A stretch of 64,000 bases of DNA. It comes from the human T2T-CHM13v2.0 reference genome, Homo sapiens. Positions 15,176 to 28,433 of the stretch are shown piece after piece. The notes under the pieces are model-generated. The model saw nothing but the letters and a program-made list of their open reading frames with translations, had not been told where the DNA came from and ran no database searches. Every line of letters begins with the position of its first letter. Positions within the stretch are counted from its first letter, which is position 1. Made by a program: the position numbers and the translations under genes. The stretch lies in assembly GCF_009914755.1 (NCBI RefSeq), contig NC_060929.1; one strand, given 5' to 3'.

Positions 15176-15703
15176 CCCTCTGTTTCTTCCCCCTTCTACT
15201 AAATTTTTCACTGTAAATGTTCAAGCTTTTCCTCTGCTAGGAGCACAAATCCTTTGAAATAGGAGTGAGAAACAGCCCAGGCCAATTCTGGCTGTGGCCC
15301 AGAGACAAGGCTCATCTGAGATGGCTCAGGAAGGGCTGGCAGTGATGGCTTGAGTTTCAGTTTGGCCAAAGCCCGCTTCTGTCTGCTCTCCTCCCTATCC
15401 AGAGGAGCAAATGCTGTCTAGACAGTCCAGCCCATAGATTATTTCCACTTCAGCTCCACTCCTTCACCTGCTCATGAGCGGCAAGAACTCATTGGTAAGA
15501 AGATCCTTGGATTCTCCGCATACAAGATGACCAGCAGGGAGAGGATGGGCGGGATGGGAAGGACCTATCTTTTGTGCTATGAAAAGCGGGCACAGACAAT
15601 GAATGACTGTATGAGTCATTCCTACCCTCCAGGCCCTCTTTGAGTGAAGGCAGCTTTGAAAACCAATCAGGCAGGTGACTTTTTTAAAATGGGGAAATGG
15701 GAC

Positions 15704-16018
15704 AGGCAGGCATGGTGGCTCACACCTGTAATCCCAGCACTTCGGGAGGCCGAGGAGGGCAGATCACCTGAGCCCAGGAGTTTGAGACCAGCCTGGCCAA
15801 CATGGTGAAACCCCATCTCTACAAAAAAAAAAAAATTACAAAAATTAGCTGGGTGTGGTGGCGCACGCCTGTACTCCCAGGTACTCTGGAGGCTGAGGCA
15901 GGAGGATCACTTGAGCTCAGGACTTCAAGGCTGCAGCAAACCCTGACCATGACACTGCACTCCAGCCTGGGTGACAGAGTGAGACCCTGTCTCAAAAAAA
16001 AAAAAAAAAAAAACAAAT
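15704..16018 (+). mobile_element. Alu (AluJ-like)
   Basis: Full dimer with A-rich linker and tail. Confidence 0.93.
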
Positions 16019-16185
16019 AGGGGGACAGGTTTAAGGAGTCGCAGTTGTATGTGCTCTTTTTCCTCTATTTTCCATCCAAACAATGTAATCAATCCAATCC
16101 AACAAGATTGACATTCTTACCCCAGAAGTGGAAGAGACAGAGTTCCTCCCCACCAGGCACCAGAGCAGGGCCCAGCGCTCTGAGT

Positions 16186-16331
16186 GGGGCGGCTAAGTTA
16201 GCAAATAAAAATACAGGCTATCCAGTTAAATTTGAATTTCAGATAAATAACTTTTTTCTACTAAAAAATTTTTTTCAATTATCTGAAAGTAGAATGTCGC
16301 TGGGCATCCTGTATTTTATCCAGCAGCCCTG
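16186..16331. mobile_element. MER53-like palindromic hAT DNA transposon
   Basis: gcaaataaaaatacagg...ccagttaaatttgaatttcagataa mirrored by ttatctgaaa...ctgggcatcctgtattttatc; long terminal inverted repeats. Confidence 0.75.
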
Positions 16332-17278
16332 CCCATGGGGAGTTTGACTCTGGGAGGAGAGACCTGAAGCTACAGAGCGAGAGGTGACTCCCAGAGGCTT
16401 CCAGGCAGTCAACAGTCCAGGGAGCACAGCAAGACCCAGAGCCTGTAGTGCCCATGGTGGGAGTATATGTCCCACGGTGATGGTGCCAGTAGTGACATGT
16501 GAAAGGGACCATCACTGGGCAGGGTCTGCCTTCTGCCTCAGTTTCCCCCTTCCTGCCGAAAGGCCGTCTCCAGCTTTCCTCTTGATCCTGAGAGCTACCT
16601 GATAATCATCCATGAGATTCCTTCCATTATTATGCATTCTTCACTGCAGTTTTCCCAAGTGTATCCTCCTTCCCAGTTCCCAGGCCAGTCCCAGCACAGC
16701 GGTGAGGGTCAGAATCCCCACCTTGACCCAAATCCCTTAAAAAGGGCTGGCCACATCCCCAGGAGGCCAGTTCTCAGGAATACAGGTGGCAGCTCTGCTT
16801 GCTCTTGACCTTGGAGAACTCGGCCATGCTGTAGAAATCTTTCTACTTGGCCCTGGCCACCTTCCTCTCTGCTGTTCGTGGGCTCATGGGAGAGGGGCCA
16901 TTTGTCAGGTGGATTTTAGTGCACCTCTGGGGCTGCTGTCCCAGTGCCCACTGCTTTTTATTTGCCTCCGAAGGCTGGTGCTGGCAGGGGCAGGAGTAGG
17001 CTTTGCACTCCATTTTTTCCCAATAAAGAGTCCCTCGAGTCCTCTTTCAGCTCAACTGAGAGTGGGTCGATGGAGCCACTTCCTAAAGAATCCTGAGGGG
17101 CACGGAGCAGGGGACACAGCACCTGCCAAATATGAGAGAAGGCGGTGGGGCCTGCCCTTGTGGCTCATTCCTAGAGGCCCCACCCCAGTCGGCCCAGGAA
17201 CGCACCCTCTACCCGGTGACTCTGACCCTCCATCCCTCCTTCACTGTTTCCTGCATACCACGCTATTTAAAAAGAAGG

Positions 17279-17435
17279 GGCCTACACTGTGGCACACGTC
17301 TGTGGTCCCAGCTACTTGGGAGGCTGAAGCGGGAGGATTGTCTGGGCCCAGGAGTTGGGGGCTGTAGTCAGCCTTAATTGCCCACTGCACTCCAGCCTGG
17401 GAAAATAAAAAAAAATAAAAATAAAAATTTTTAAA
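17279..17435 (+). mobile_element. Alu monomer (FRAM-like)
   Basis: gtggtcccagctacttgggaggctga...cactccagcctgg plus A-rich tail. Confidence 0.8.
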
Positions 17436-17819
17436 AAAGGGATTTGGAACAGTACAAATTCAGGTTTGAACCCTGGCTCTACCTCTCCCTGGCAGTAAGA
17501 TCTCAATGGCTATACCTTGATGAACCTCAGCCTCCTCATCGTCAAATGGGGTAATAAATGAATCTAGTTCATGGGGCGTGGGTATGGGTGCAGTGAAATG
17601 ACACAAGTGAGGTGCTTAAACAGTGCAGAGGGCACTCCTAGCCTTCCCTCATGCCCCCTCCTGCACCATAGGAGTCTTACTCTATCCCTGGAGATAGAGT
17701 TTGCTAAGTGTGCCAGAGACAGTGGTCTTGTCCTCCCCATCCTGACCAGAAACTCACATACAAGTGTGTCTACAGGATGCCACAGAGAGCAGCCTCAACC
17801 AGTGCTGGGTGACAGTGAA

Positions 17820-18260
17820 TCATAATAACAATAAAAGCTGATCCCATTTATTTAGTGTCTTTATGTCCCAGGAACTGCAGAGGGGATAAATCAATAACAA
17901 AACCCCTTGCTTTCATGAAGTTTACATGTTTTATCTGTCAATCCTCACATTTGCCCTAGGAAATAAGTACCATTGGTGGGTTCATTTTACAGAGTAGGAC
18001 ACTGAGGCTCAGAGAGGGTGAGTGACTTGCCCAAGGCCACCCAGCTCAGTTAGTAAACTGGGATGCAAACCCAGGGACTCCAAAGCCTATCCCTTTATGA
18101 CTGCTTGGTTTCACTTAAGCCTCAGGAGAAGGCTGTGAAGTTGGTTCCATTTTGCCAGTGATGAAGGAAAGAGGCTCAGTCAGGTGAAGTCACTTGCCCC
18201 AAGTCACCAGGTAGGTCAGGCACAGAGCTTTCAGTGAATGCCAGTGTGTCTGACTCCACA
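17820..18260 (-). mobile_element. MIR elements (two adjacent)
   Basis: cattttacagagtaggacactgaggctcagagagggtgagtgacttgcccaaggccac, and a second core at ~18145-18260. Confidence 0.7.
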
Positions 18261-18535
18261 AGGCCATGGGCCCCTCATCTTACCACTAGAAGGGCCACCT
18301 CTCAGCATCCCTGGAGGAAGCCAGCAGAGCATGGAGCTGAGGGTCCCTCAAAACACTCTCATTGAAAGAGATCCCAATCCAACTCAGCGGCATTGAGAAA
18401 GGCAGCTGCACACCTTAGAGGAGCCTCCTCCTCCAGACATGGCCAGCTCCCGGGACCACCAGGGAGCCCGCCCAGGAGGGAGATGCTGACTTTTTCCAGC
18501 CACATTTCTAGTTCTCCCCGCTCCTTCCTTTTGGG

Positions 18536-18732
18536 AGGCCAATGGGCACCACGTGGACCACAGCCCCGCCCTGCTCAGCCCAGGCATGAAGCCTCAGGAA
18601 GCCCAGCCCATTGGAGTACTTGCTCAGTGGCTCCTGCCCGAGTCCATATCTGCTGGAAGAAAGCCGCCGCTCCCCCGAGCTCCCCTCTGGGCACCCCCTA
18701 ACAGCACCTGCCAACCAATGAAGTGACGTCTG
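18536..18732. promoter_or_regulatory. Candidate orphan promoter/enhancer (NF-Y, E-box, GC box, CRE-like)
   Basis: CCAAT 18539-18543, CACGTG 18550-18555, GCCCCGCCC 18563-18571, CCAAT 18715-18719, TGACGTC 18724-18730 in non-repetitive GC-rich DNA. Motif evidence only. Confidence 0.4.
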
Positions 18733-18796
18733 GAGCCCACTCTCCACAGCCCCTACTCAAAGCTTCCCAAAATGATTTTTCCCTTCTGGAAAGCTG

Positions 18797-19151
<355 letters not shown>

Positions 19152-19656
19152 TAACCCAAACTACATTTTTAATTTTCCCCTGCCAGCACCCCAGCCTACT
19201 GCACACATTAGAAACATTGGTAGGAATAGTAGTTTCTCCAGCCCTGTCCTACATGGCTTCAGAGCTAAGGTGGGAATTCCTGCTTAATGGAAGAGGCTAG
19301 TGCAAACTTGGCTCAATTTTTACCATATTTGCTACCTCTAGCTATTAGAATTAGACATACCTGGGTGTACATACAAGCACTGTCCTTGCACATGGTGATT
19401 AAATTAGGGGTGGGCTATTTTAATAATTTGTTAACTAGTTCTCCTGTGTATTACTCAGGAATTTTAACTGTAAGTGACAGAAATCCAAGAGGGGAAAAAA
19501 AAGGAGAGGTGGGATTTAGGTACTTATTGGATCATGAAACTCAAGAGTCCTGGATAGTATTAGTTTCAACTTCAGGCACAGCTGGATCCAGGAGCTCAAA
19601 CAAAGTCAAGCCTCAGTCTCTTACCCCATCTCTGTGTTTTTTTCTGTGTTAGCTTC

Positions 19657-20358
19657 TGTTATGCGCTGAATTGTGCTCCTCCCACCTCCAGTATGTTGAA
19701 ATCCTAACCCCGGGTACTTCAGATGTAACTATATTTTCTGACAGGGTCTTTAAAGAGGTAATTAAGGTTAAGTGAGGTCATTAGGTGGACCTTAATCCAT
19801 TATGAGTTGTGTATGGCCGGGGCACAGTGGCTCACGTCTGTAATCCCAGCACTTTGGGAGGCCAAGGCAGGCGGATCACAAGGTCAGGAGTTCCAGACCA
19901 GCCTGGCCAATAAGGTGAAAGCCAGTCCCTACTAAAAATACAAAAATTAGCTGGGCATGGTGGCGTGTGCCTGTAGTCCCAGCTACTCGGGGGGCTGAGG
20001 CAGGAGAATCACTTGAACCAGGAGGTGAAGGTTGCAGTGAGCCGAGATCAGGTCACTGCACTCCAGCCTGGGGACAGAGTGAGAGACTCCATCCCAAAAG
20101 AAAAAAAAAAAAAAAGGAGAAGAAGAAAAGGAGGAGATTGGGACACAGACACACACACATACAGAGGGAAGACCATGTAAAGACACCAGAAGAAGACAGC
20201 CACCCATCTACAAGCCGAAGAGAAGCCTCAGAAGAAATCAACCCTGCTGACACTTTGATCTTGGACTTAGCCTCCAGAATTGTGGGGAAATAAATTTCTG
20301 TTGTTTAAGCTCCCCAGTCTGTGATACTTTGCTATGGCTGCCCAAGGAAACTAATGCA
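19657..20358 (+). mobile_element. MLT1B LTR interrupted by an Alu, itself nested in an older minus-strand MLT1
   Basis: tgttatgcgctgaattgtg...gggtctttaaagaggtaattaag...aataaatttctgttgtttaagc...aaactaatgca. Confidence 0.85.
19815..20115 (+). mobile_element. Alu (AluS)
   Basis: Full dimer with poly(A). Confidence 0.95.
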
Positions 20359-20745
20359 ACTTTGTTGTCAAGCAACCTGTCTTCACATGGTGACAGCATG
20401 GCCCCTGCAGCTCCTGGTGGAGATACCCAGCTCAGCAACCTCAGGAGACAGTCTCTTTTCTGCAACAAGTCTAACAAAAATCTCAGAACTGAGTCTCATT
20501 GGTCGGCCTCTGGTCACATGCACCCTCCTGAGCCAGTCCCTGCAGCCAGGGGGATGGAAGAGGCTGATTGGCCAGACCTGAGTCATGTGCCACCCCTCAA
20601 GCAGTCAGCATCAGTGAAAACACCAGGCCTCAGAACAAAGGAGGTTGTCTCCTGGGGAAGAGCAGGTGCTAGGGGGCTGAAACAGCAGGTGTCCACTTTC
20701 CCCTGCCTCTAATCTTCCCCCACCTCTCAAGCCATTCTCTACTGA

Positions 20746-21354
<609 letters not shown>

Positions 21355-21399
21355 TAGCCGCCTCGTTTCCAAAGTAGACCTGGATACCATGACGATAAA

Positions 21400-21592
21400 A
21401 AGCTGGACACACTGCCTCGGTGCAGATCTGCTGGCTGTGTGATCTTGGGTAAGTTACTTACATCTCTGTTCCTCCATCTGCTTAGTACCTAGTCTCCAGG
21501 GCTGTTGAGAGAAACAAATGATTAATACATGAAAAGCACTTAGAACCGTGTCTGGTACATGGAAAATGCCTAGTAAGCGTTAGCTGTTATTA
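21400..21592 (+). mobile_element. MIR
   Basis: ggctgtgtgatcttgggtaagttacttacatctctg...aaagcacttagaaccgtgtctggtacatgg...ttagctgttatt. Confidence 0.7.
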
Positions 21593-21684
21593 CCTCATGT
21601 TTGAACACACCTCTGCTGGGAATTATCTGTTGGCCCATCTGTTTCCCTTATCAAGTCTGCACGCTCCTCTAAAGGAGGGCATCT

Positions 21685-22040
21685 TCGCCAGCTCAGGCTG
21701 CTGTAACAAAATACCAGAAACCGGGTGGCTTATAAATAATAGAAATGTATTTCTCACAGTTCTGGAGGCTGGAAGTCTGAAATCACGGTGCCAGCATGAT
21801 CAGGTTCTGGTGAGGGCCCTCTTCTGGGTTAAGGCTGACTTCTTCTTGTGTCCTCACATGGTGGAAAGAGAGCCAGGGAGCTCTTTTCAGTCTCTTTTTT
21901 AAGGGCACTAATCCCATTCACAAGGGATCCACCTTCAAGACCTACTTACCTCCCAAAGACCCCACCTCCAAATACCATCACTTTGGGAATTAGATTTCAA
22001 CACGGGAATTTGGCCGGGGACACAAGGCTCAGTCCATGGC
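21685..22040 (-). mobile_element. MLT1A/MSTD-like LTR
   Basis: ggctgctgtaacaaaatacca...tttctcacagttctggaggctggaagtctga...aataccatcactttgggaattagatttcaaca. Confidence 0.8.
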
Positions 22041-23831
22041 AGAAAGAGAGCTTATTCATCACACTGGCTGCCTGGTACTTAGGAGGTATGAGGTGTGCTG
22101 TATCCCCAGCACAGAGAAGGTGCTCAGAATTTCATAGCTTTCAATAAGTGAATGAGTGAGTGAGTGATTAAGCGAGTGAGTGAATGAACATAGAGGAAGA
22201 GTCTTGGACAACAGATGGAACAACCTTCTCCCTTGATCTGCGCAAACCTCCACCTGTCCCTGAAACAGCCCTCAACCCTGAGCCAACCCCACCCCTTTCT
22301 CCTCGAAACCATTTTCCTCTTAGTCCCTCCTCCTACTTCATTCAGCCGACATTCAAGTGCAAACCACCGGGAAAACCCAAAGAACGTTCATGGGATAAAT
22401 CACCCAATTACTAATCAGGTCCATCCGTCCACCATTAACCACTATTTTCCCTGCAAAAAGTAAACACGCCTCCTCCCCACAGCCTGACACGAGGGCCATT
22501 AAACCCAGGAAGGGCGTGTCTCCACAGCAGCCCAGAAACAACTTGAAAGTGGAAAAATACGGTGGACTCGGTGATTCAGTGGTCGTTCAGATATAGCCAA
22601 AATGTTTGGTTTCAGCCTTGACGGAAGCCATTGCCCTCCTATTTCGTCTCCTCTAAGATCGGAGAGTGTGGACTTTGATAAGACGTCCTTCTCAGGTCCG
22701 ACAGCTTTGTGCTTTCCCGGATGAGCTTGTCAAGCACTTGAGTTTCTTTCAGACTTGGCTCCTGCCCTGGGCTAGGCATGGGGGTGCCCAGAGATTCTGG
22801 CGCAAGGCAGGTGAATCTGAACAGTGCTCCCCAAAGGAAGCCGAGGTGGTGCTTCAGAAACCAGGGAGCGCAGCCCCCATACTTGGGCGACACATTTGGC
22901 TCTGGCTTCTGGCAGCTAAGGCAGAAAGAGAAGCACATGGGGTTGCATAGTTTTCATTTTCCAACAACAGAAAGCATGTTCAGACCTCGGCAGAGACAAC
23001 ATTTTTCCTGGAACCAGGCTCTAGAAGGAATGTATCGGGGCCCTGCGGGGTTAAGGGCACCAGGTGACAGAGCAGATGAGTCCTGCCCCTGTCCCTGCAT
23101 TCGTTCGTTCATTCATTCAAGCAACCAACACCTGTTGAACCCTCATGCTGTGTCTGGCCTCACCTGGGGCCACAGAGAATGCCTGACACAGTCCCTGCTA
23201 CTCAAGGTTTCCAATTCTCCCCCTCTACCTTCAGCCCCACACCCCCACTCCTCAGTTGATCACACCCATCCTCCCATCAGGAGCAACCATGACAGCAGTG
23301 TTACCCCAAGTGCTGGATTAGACTTCCTCCCTCATTTCTGGAATGTAACCATCTGGAGAGGAGATGGGGGCCGGGAGCTGCCTAGGTCCCCTCCTGCCCC
23401 CAGCAGCCAGCCTCCCACTTCCTCTTTGCTAACAGAACCCCAAGTGTTAGCAGGTGCCCTAGGGGATGCACGCTTGATCTAAGAAAGCCAGGCACTCCCA
23501 TTCCCCTTCATTGACTGATCCTTTCCCTTTCCTTATAGCTAGAGATGGTCATGTAATCCAGTTCTGGTCAAAGACACGCCTGGACTCTGCGGAACCTCTG
23601 TTCTTCTTAGTAAATGAGGAGCCCCTACTTTCTGCCTCGAACACAGCGTCCGAAGACATGATGATCCAAGCTGTGGTAGCCTCTTGACTGTGAGGGGATA
23701 TGTCTGGACTCTTCAAGGAAATACATTGAGGACAGCAGAATAAAGAGAAAGAGAGAGTTTGATGCTAACTTCAAGTCATTGGACCAACCTGGGATTGACT
23801 GCCGGCCTGCAGATATCTAGTATAAGATGTT

Positions 23832-24124
<293 letters not shown>

Positions 24125-24541
24125 GATGTCTTGATTGTATAGGCCTCTGTTAGCTGGTTAATCCTATTTGCTTACAGCAGAATGCATCCCAATGAATACA
24201 ACAGGTATACGTGCAATGAAAGAGAGTTCAGTCCTAGGGAGACTGCAAGGGGGAAAAAGTAGGCTCTGGGGTAAAATAATTAAATAATTCTTCCTTTCAT
24301 GGTGGTCATGAAATGGTAGCTAACATTTATTTGCTTTGTGTTTTTTTTTTTTTCTTTGTGAAGCACCTGTCTGCTATTGGTGCTATATGTTTTTGAAAAT
24401 TCATTTTTACCTCTCCAAGCCCATTTCCTCACTGGATTCGTGGAAAGATGAAGGAGAGACTGCATGTGAAAAGGGTGGACATACTTTCTGTCTGGCTGGC
24501 TGCCTGTCTTGTTCACTGCACTTTCCCAGCACTAGATAAAG

Positions 24542-24845
24542 TTTTTTTTATTTTGTTGTTTTATTTTTAGAGACAGGGTCCCACCATGTCATCAAGGTTG
24601 GAGTGCAGTGGCACAATCACAGCTCACTGTAACCTCAAATTCCTGGGCTTAAGTGATCCTCTCGCCTCAGCCACCTGTGTGGCTGAGACTACAGGGACAC
24701 ACTACCACTCCAGGCTATTTTTTAAAATTTTTTGTCAAGACAAGATCTCGATATGTTACCCCAGCTGGTCTCTAACTCCTGGCTTCAAGCAATCCCTCCC
24801 ACCTCAGCCTCTCAAAGCACTGGGATTACAGGCATGAGCCATCCC
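24542..24845 (-). mobile_element. Alu (AluJ-like)
   Basis: Diverged reverse dimer. Confidence 0.9.
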
Positions 24846-24992
24846 TAGTTAAAATTTGGTAAAGAATAAAGCTCTTTCCCTCCGGCTTATAAAATCAGGA
24901 CTCAGTAGTTATTGCCAAATGTGCCCCATTGGTTAATTTGGATCTTTCCCCATTCCTTGCATGTCCATTGGCCATTCGGGCTTCATTCCTAG

Positions 24993-25331
<339 letters not shown>

Positions 25332-28300
25332 TGACAAACACCAAATCAGTGTTTTTATTTATTTATTTATTTTTTGCTTGTTCCAAAGTACTTTCTGTAT
25401 ATATGATTGCACTGCCTAAGTGTTGTTCTCTCTTTGCATATGAGAAAACGAAAGCTTAGAGAGGTCAACTGACTTTCCCAAGGTCATTTGCTGATAATAG
25501 AATCAAAGGACAAGAGGCCAGGCTCTCTTGTGCTGAGCCCTGGCCTGGCTCCCCACTGCCTTGGGGTGGTGGGGTAGGGCCTAGCGGGGAGGTGATGCTG
25601 AAGGTGGTGTGGGTGATGGATGGCAGTGCCGCAGGGCTCTTCTTTAAGGAGGCCCACCCCTGCCTTTCACTTCCTGCTCCAGCTCCACATGCCCTGTCAT
25701 TTAAGCCTCAGCACTTTGAGAGGCCTCGAAGGCCGACCCCGTGACTCCCCCAGAAATGCCTGTGCTTCCTTCCCTGTCATCTCAATGCAGAGAGCGCTCA
25801 CCTCAGCAAGTTCAGACTGTGCAGGCTCGGGAGGACCTTCCGCTCAGCCAGGAGCATGGCTGGTTTGTCTCTGGATCCTCAGCACGCAGCGGGCAGCCCA
25901 GAGCTGGGCAGGGCGTTGCTGCTCCATGCGCTCTGCACTGACTTGATGACGTAGAGAGAGAGAAGGCCGCCTGTTTCCCAGGTGGAGAAACTGCATGGGG
26001 AGAACATTTTTTTCTTAGACACCTGGGGAATGAAGCGTTAACTAAGGTGATACAACTTGGAGTCTGGGAAAGGGGATTTGGGCAGAGGCTGTGGAGGGGC
26101 CTGTGGGGTGGAGAAGGCTGCAATGATCCCAGGTCCCCAGGAAAGAGTGGATCCACCTGTGTGCAGACTTTCCCCACCCTAGGAAAACAGGATGCAGGCC
26201 TTACCTCCTGTCTTTGAGCCAAAAGGAGGGAGAGCCACCACCTGAGTGTCCCATATGAGACTGCTTTGCCCCAGGAAGGGGGAAAATCCTATGTCACTGC
26301 CAAGAAGGTCCAGCTAGCTTCAGTAGAGAAATCATGACATCCAGTGGACATATGTGTCATCCCCAGGCTCAGGCAATGGCCTCCAGCCAGGAGGCCTTCT
26401 AGGGCTGGGCCAACAAGGCACTGTGGAGTGAGCGCTGGGAGGCTGAGTCTGAATCCTGATTTTGCCTCTTAGCTACGTGACTTGGGTAAGTCTCTTCCCC
26501 TCGCTGGGGCTCTGTTTCCTCCACTGAAGTGGAGAGTGTCTAAAAGCATGTTTGTGAACTGTGATGCAAATAGGTTCTCCCATGATCAGAAGCTGTGTTT
26601 CTTGCTAGGAGTAGTTTCAAGGCAGTGCTACCTAGGAGAGGGAGGGCAAGCTTGAATGATGAAGCTCGTAACCATCTCCCCGGGCACTCCTGCACAAGTG
26701 GCTCGCAGCTGCTCCCAACCCTACAGGCTGTTGCCAGGATAAGATGAGACCTCTTGTGGGTGCACAGGCAACGGCACTCCTGAAATATGGGGATGCAGAT
26801 GTTCCCACCCTGGGACACAGGATGAAAGCGCTGGGTGTCAGCGCCTGTGAAAACCTGCAGAGGGCCTCAAGGGATCCGCATTTCCTGAGCGGGGCTCCCG
26901 CAGACCTCCCACTACATCCAGGCTGACATCTCACGGGGCTCCAGGGCCAGCACCAGACAGAGGTCAAGGCCACCGTTTGGTAGAGCAGTCATCAGACCCA
27001 GGGAGCCAGGCTGGAGAGAAGGGGCAGAGCCAGAAGAGAGCCCCCCATCCCCCGCATCCCACCTCCACCACCCAGAGAGGGAGGAGGAAACCTGAATTAC
27101 AAACCCAAATCAGAGCTTAAATCCCTGAGTTCCAGCCAGAAGAGAACTGGATTAAGCAGCCTGTGGTGAGGCACATGGAGTGGGTGGGAAACCAGAGTTA
27201 ACTGCGTTCTGGACACAAAGTTGCATTTTTGCACACCTGAGTTTGTGACTGAGAAATAAATATTCTCTGTTTAAGCAAAGCATCTGGACATAGTAGGCCC
27301 TCAGGAGAGCGTGCCTGCCTTTCTGTTTCCTTTCTGTCCATGAAATGAGCTCCAGATGGTGCAGAACCCCGTAGGTCCACCTCCCACTCCCAGCAGGTCT
27401 GCATGTGAGAAGGTGCTGAGCCATTCATCCAGTTCACCTTGATTTCCCAGAAGAAAAGGAATGTGTGTGACCCCTCTGAGGTGAGCCCAGTCTGGGCATG
27501 AGACTAGTTCTCAACACGAACAATAACTTTGTTGTGCACCTACTATGTGCTGAGCACTTTACAGGCAGCGTCTCATCCCCCAGCAAACCTGAAGGGAAGT
27601 GTCATCCCCCACACTGACTTTACCCCCTTTGAGGGGGTGTAATGTTCTTTCAAGCTGCATACGCTTAGGAAGTTGAGGCACTGGAGTTTGAGCCTGGTTT
27701 CTGGCCACTTTCTCCCAATAAGGACTCTGGGCTTAGCCATATTCACTGAACCCTGGCTGTGTGCAGGACCTCATGTTGCCACTTCACAGTAAAACAGGAA
27801 AAGTTAACATTTACTCAACAAGTCTTGCATGCCAGACACAGGCTCTGTGCTTTCTATACATTCTTTTATTTATTCCTCACAAAATTCCTGTGATCTCCTC
27901 TTTCCTCCCATCTTGCAGATGAGGACCCTGAGGCTCATGGAAGTTACAGAACTCACCTGGGGCCAGTCAACCACTCAGCAGCAGGGCCGGGTCTGCCCCG
28001 GGTCTGTGTAGTGTCAACGTCCTCACTCTTGGCCACTCTGTGATTCTAGGAGAGAAGCCATGCTGTAAAAGATTCCAGGTCATGCCTTGACAGGTTACAG
28101 TGACCACATCCAGGAGATCTTTAAGGCCTTAATTGTGCCCTTCAGTTCCTGTCATCATCATTATCATTATCTCCACAACCACCATCATCATCATCTACAT
28201 GCCTGAAACTGGCGTATTCTTATGCCATGAACTGTAAAATATTTCATTTATTTTCCCTACTTTAACCAGCCTTGTGACCTTGTTCAAGTAACCCCACCTC

Positions 28301-28394
28301 TCTAAGCCTCAGTGTTCTCATGCATGAAATGGGGCCTGTAAATTCCATTTGCAAAAGGACAGTGAGCTGTTGTTTTCATCCCCAATCCCTCTCC

Positions 28395-28433
28395 TCCCTG
28401 AACTCCCTCCCTGAACTCCCTCCCTGAACTCCC
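28395..28433 (+). repeat. 13-bp tandem repeat x3 (tccctgaactccc)
   Basis: Three exact copies visible. Confidence 0.9.

Noticed and set aside
16786-17367. 193-aa ORF
   Set aside because: Non-ATG (GTG) start, ends inside an Alu monomer, no recognisable homology.
18539-18553. Possible ER-stress element (CCAAT...CCACG)
   Set aside because: The spacer is 5 nt; ERSE needs CCAAT-N9-CCACG.
22778-23482. Longest ORF (234 aa)
   Set aside because: Runs through L2-like sequence (cattcgttcgttcattcattc); no recognisable domain or exon structure; chance ORF in GC-rich DNA.
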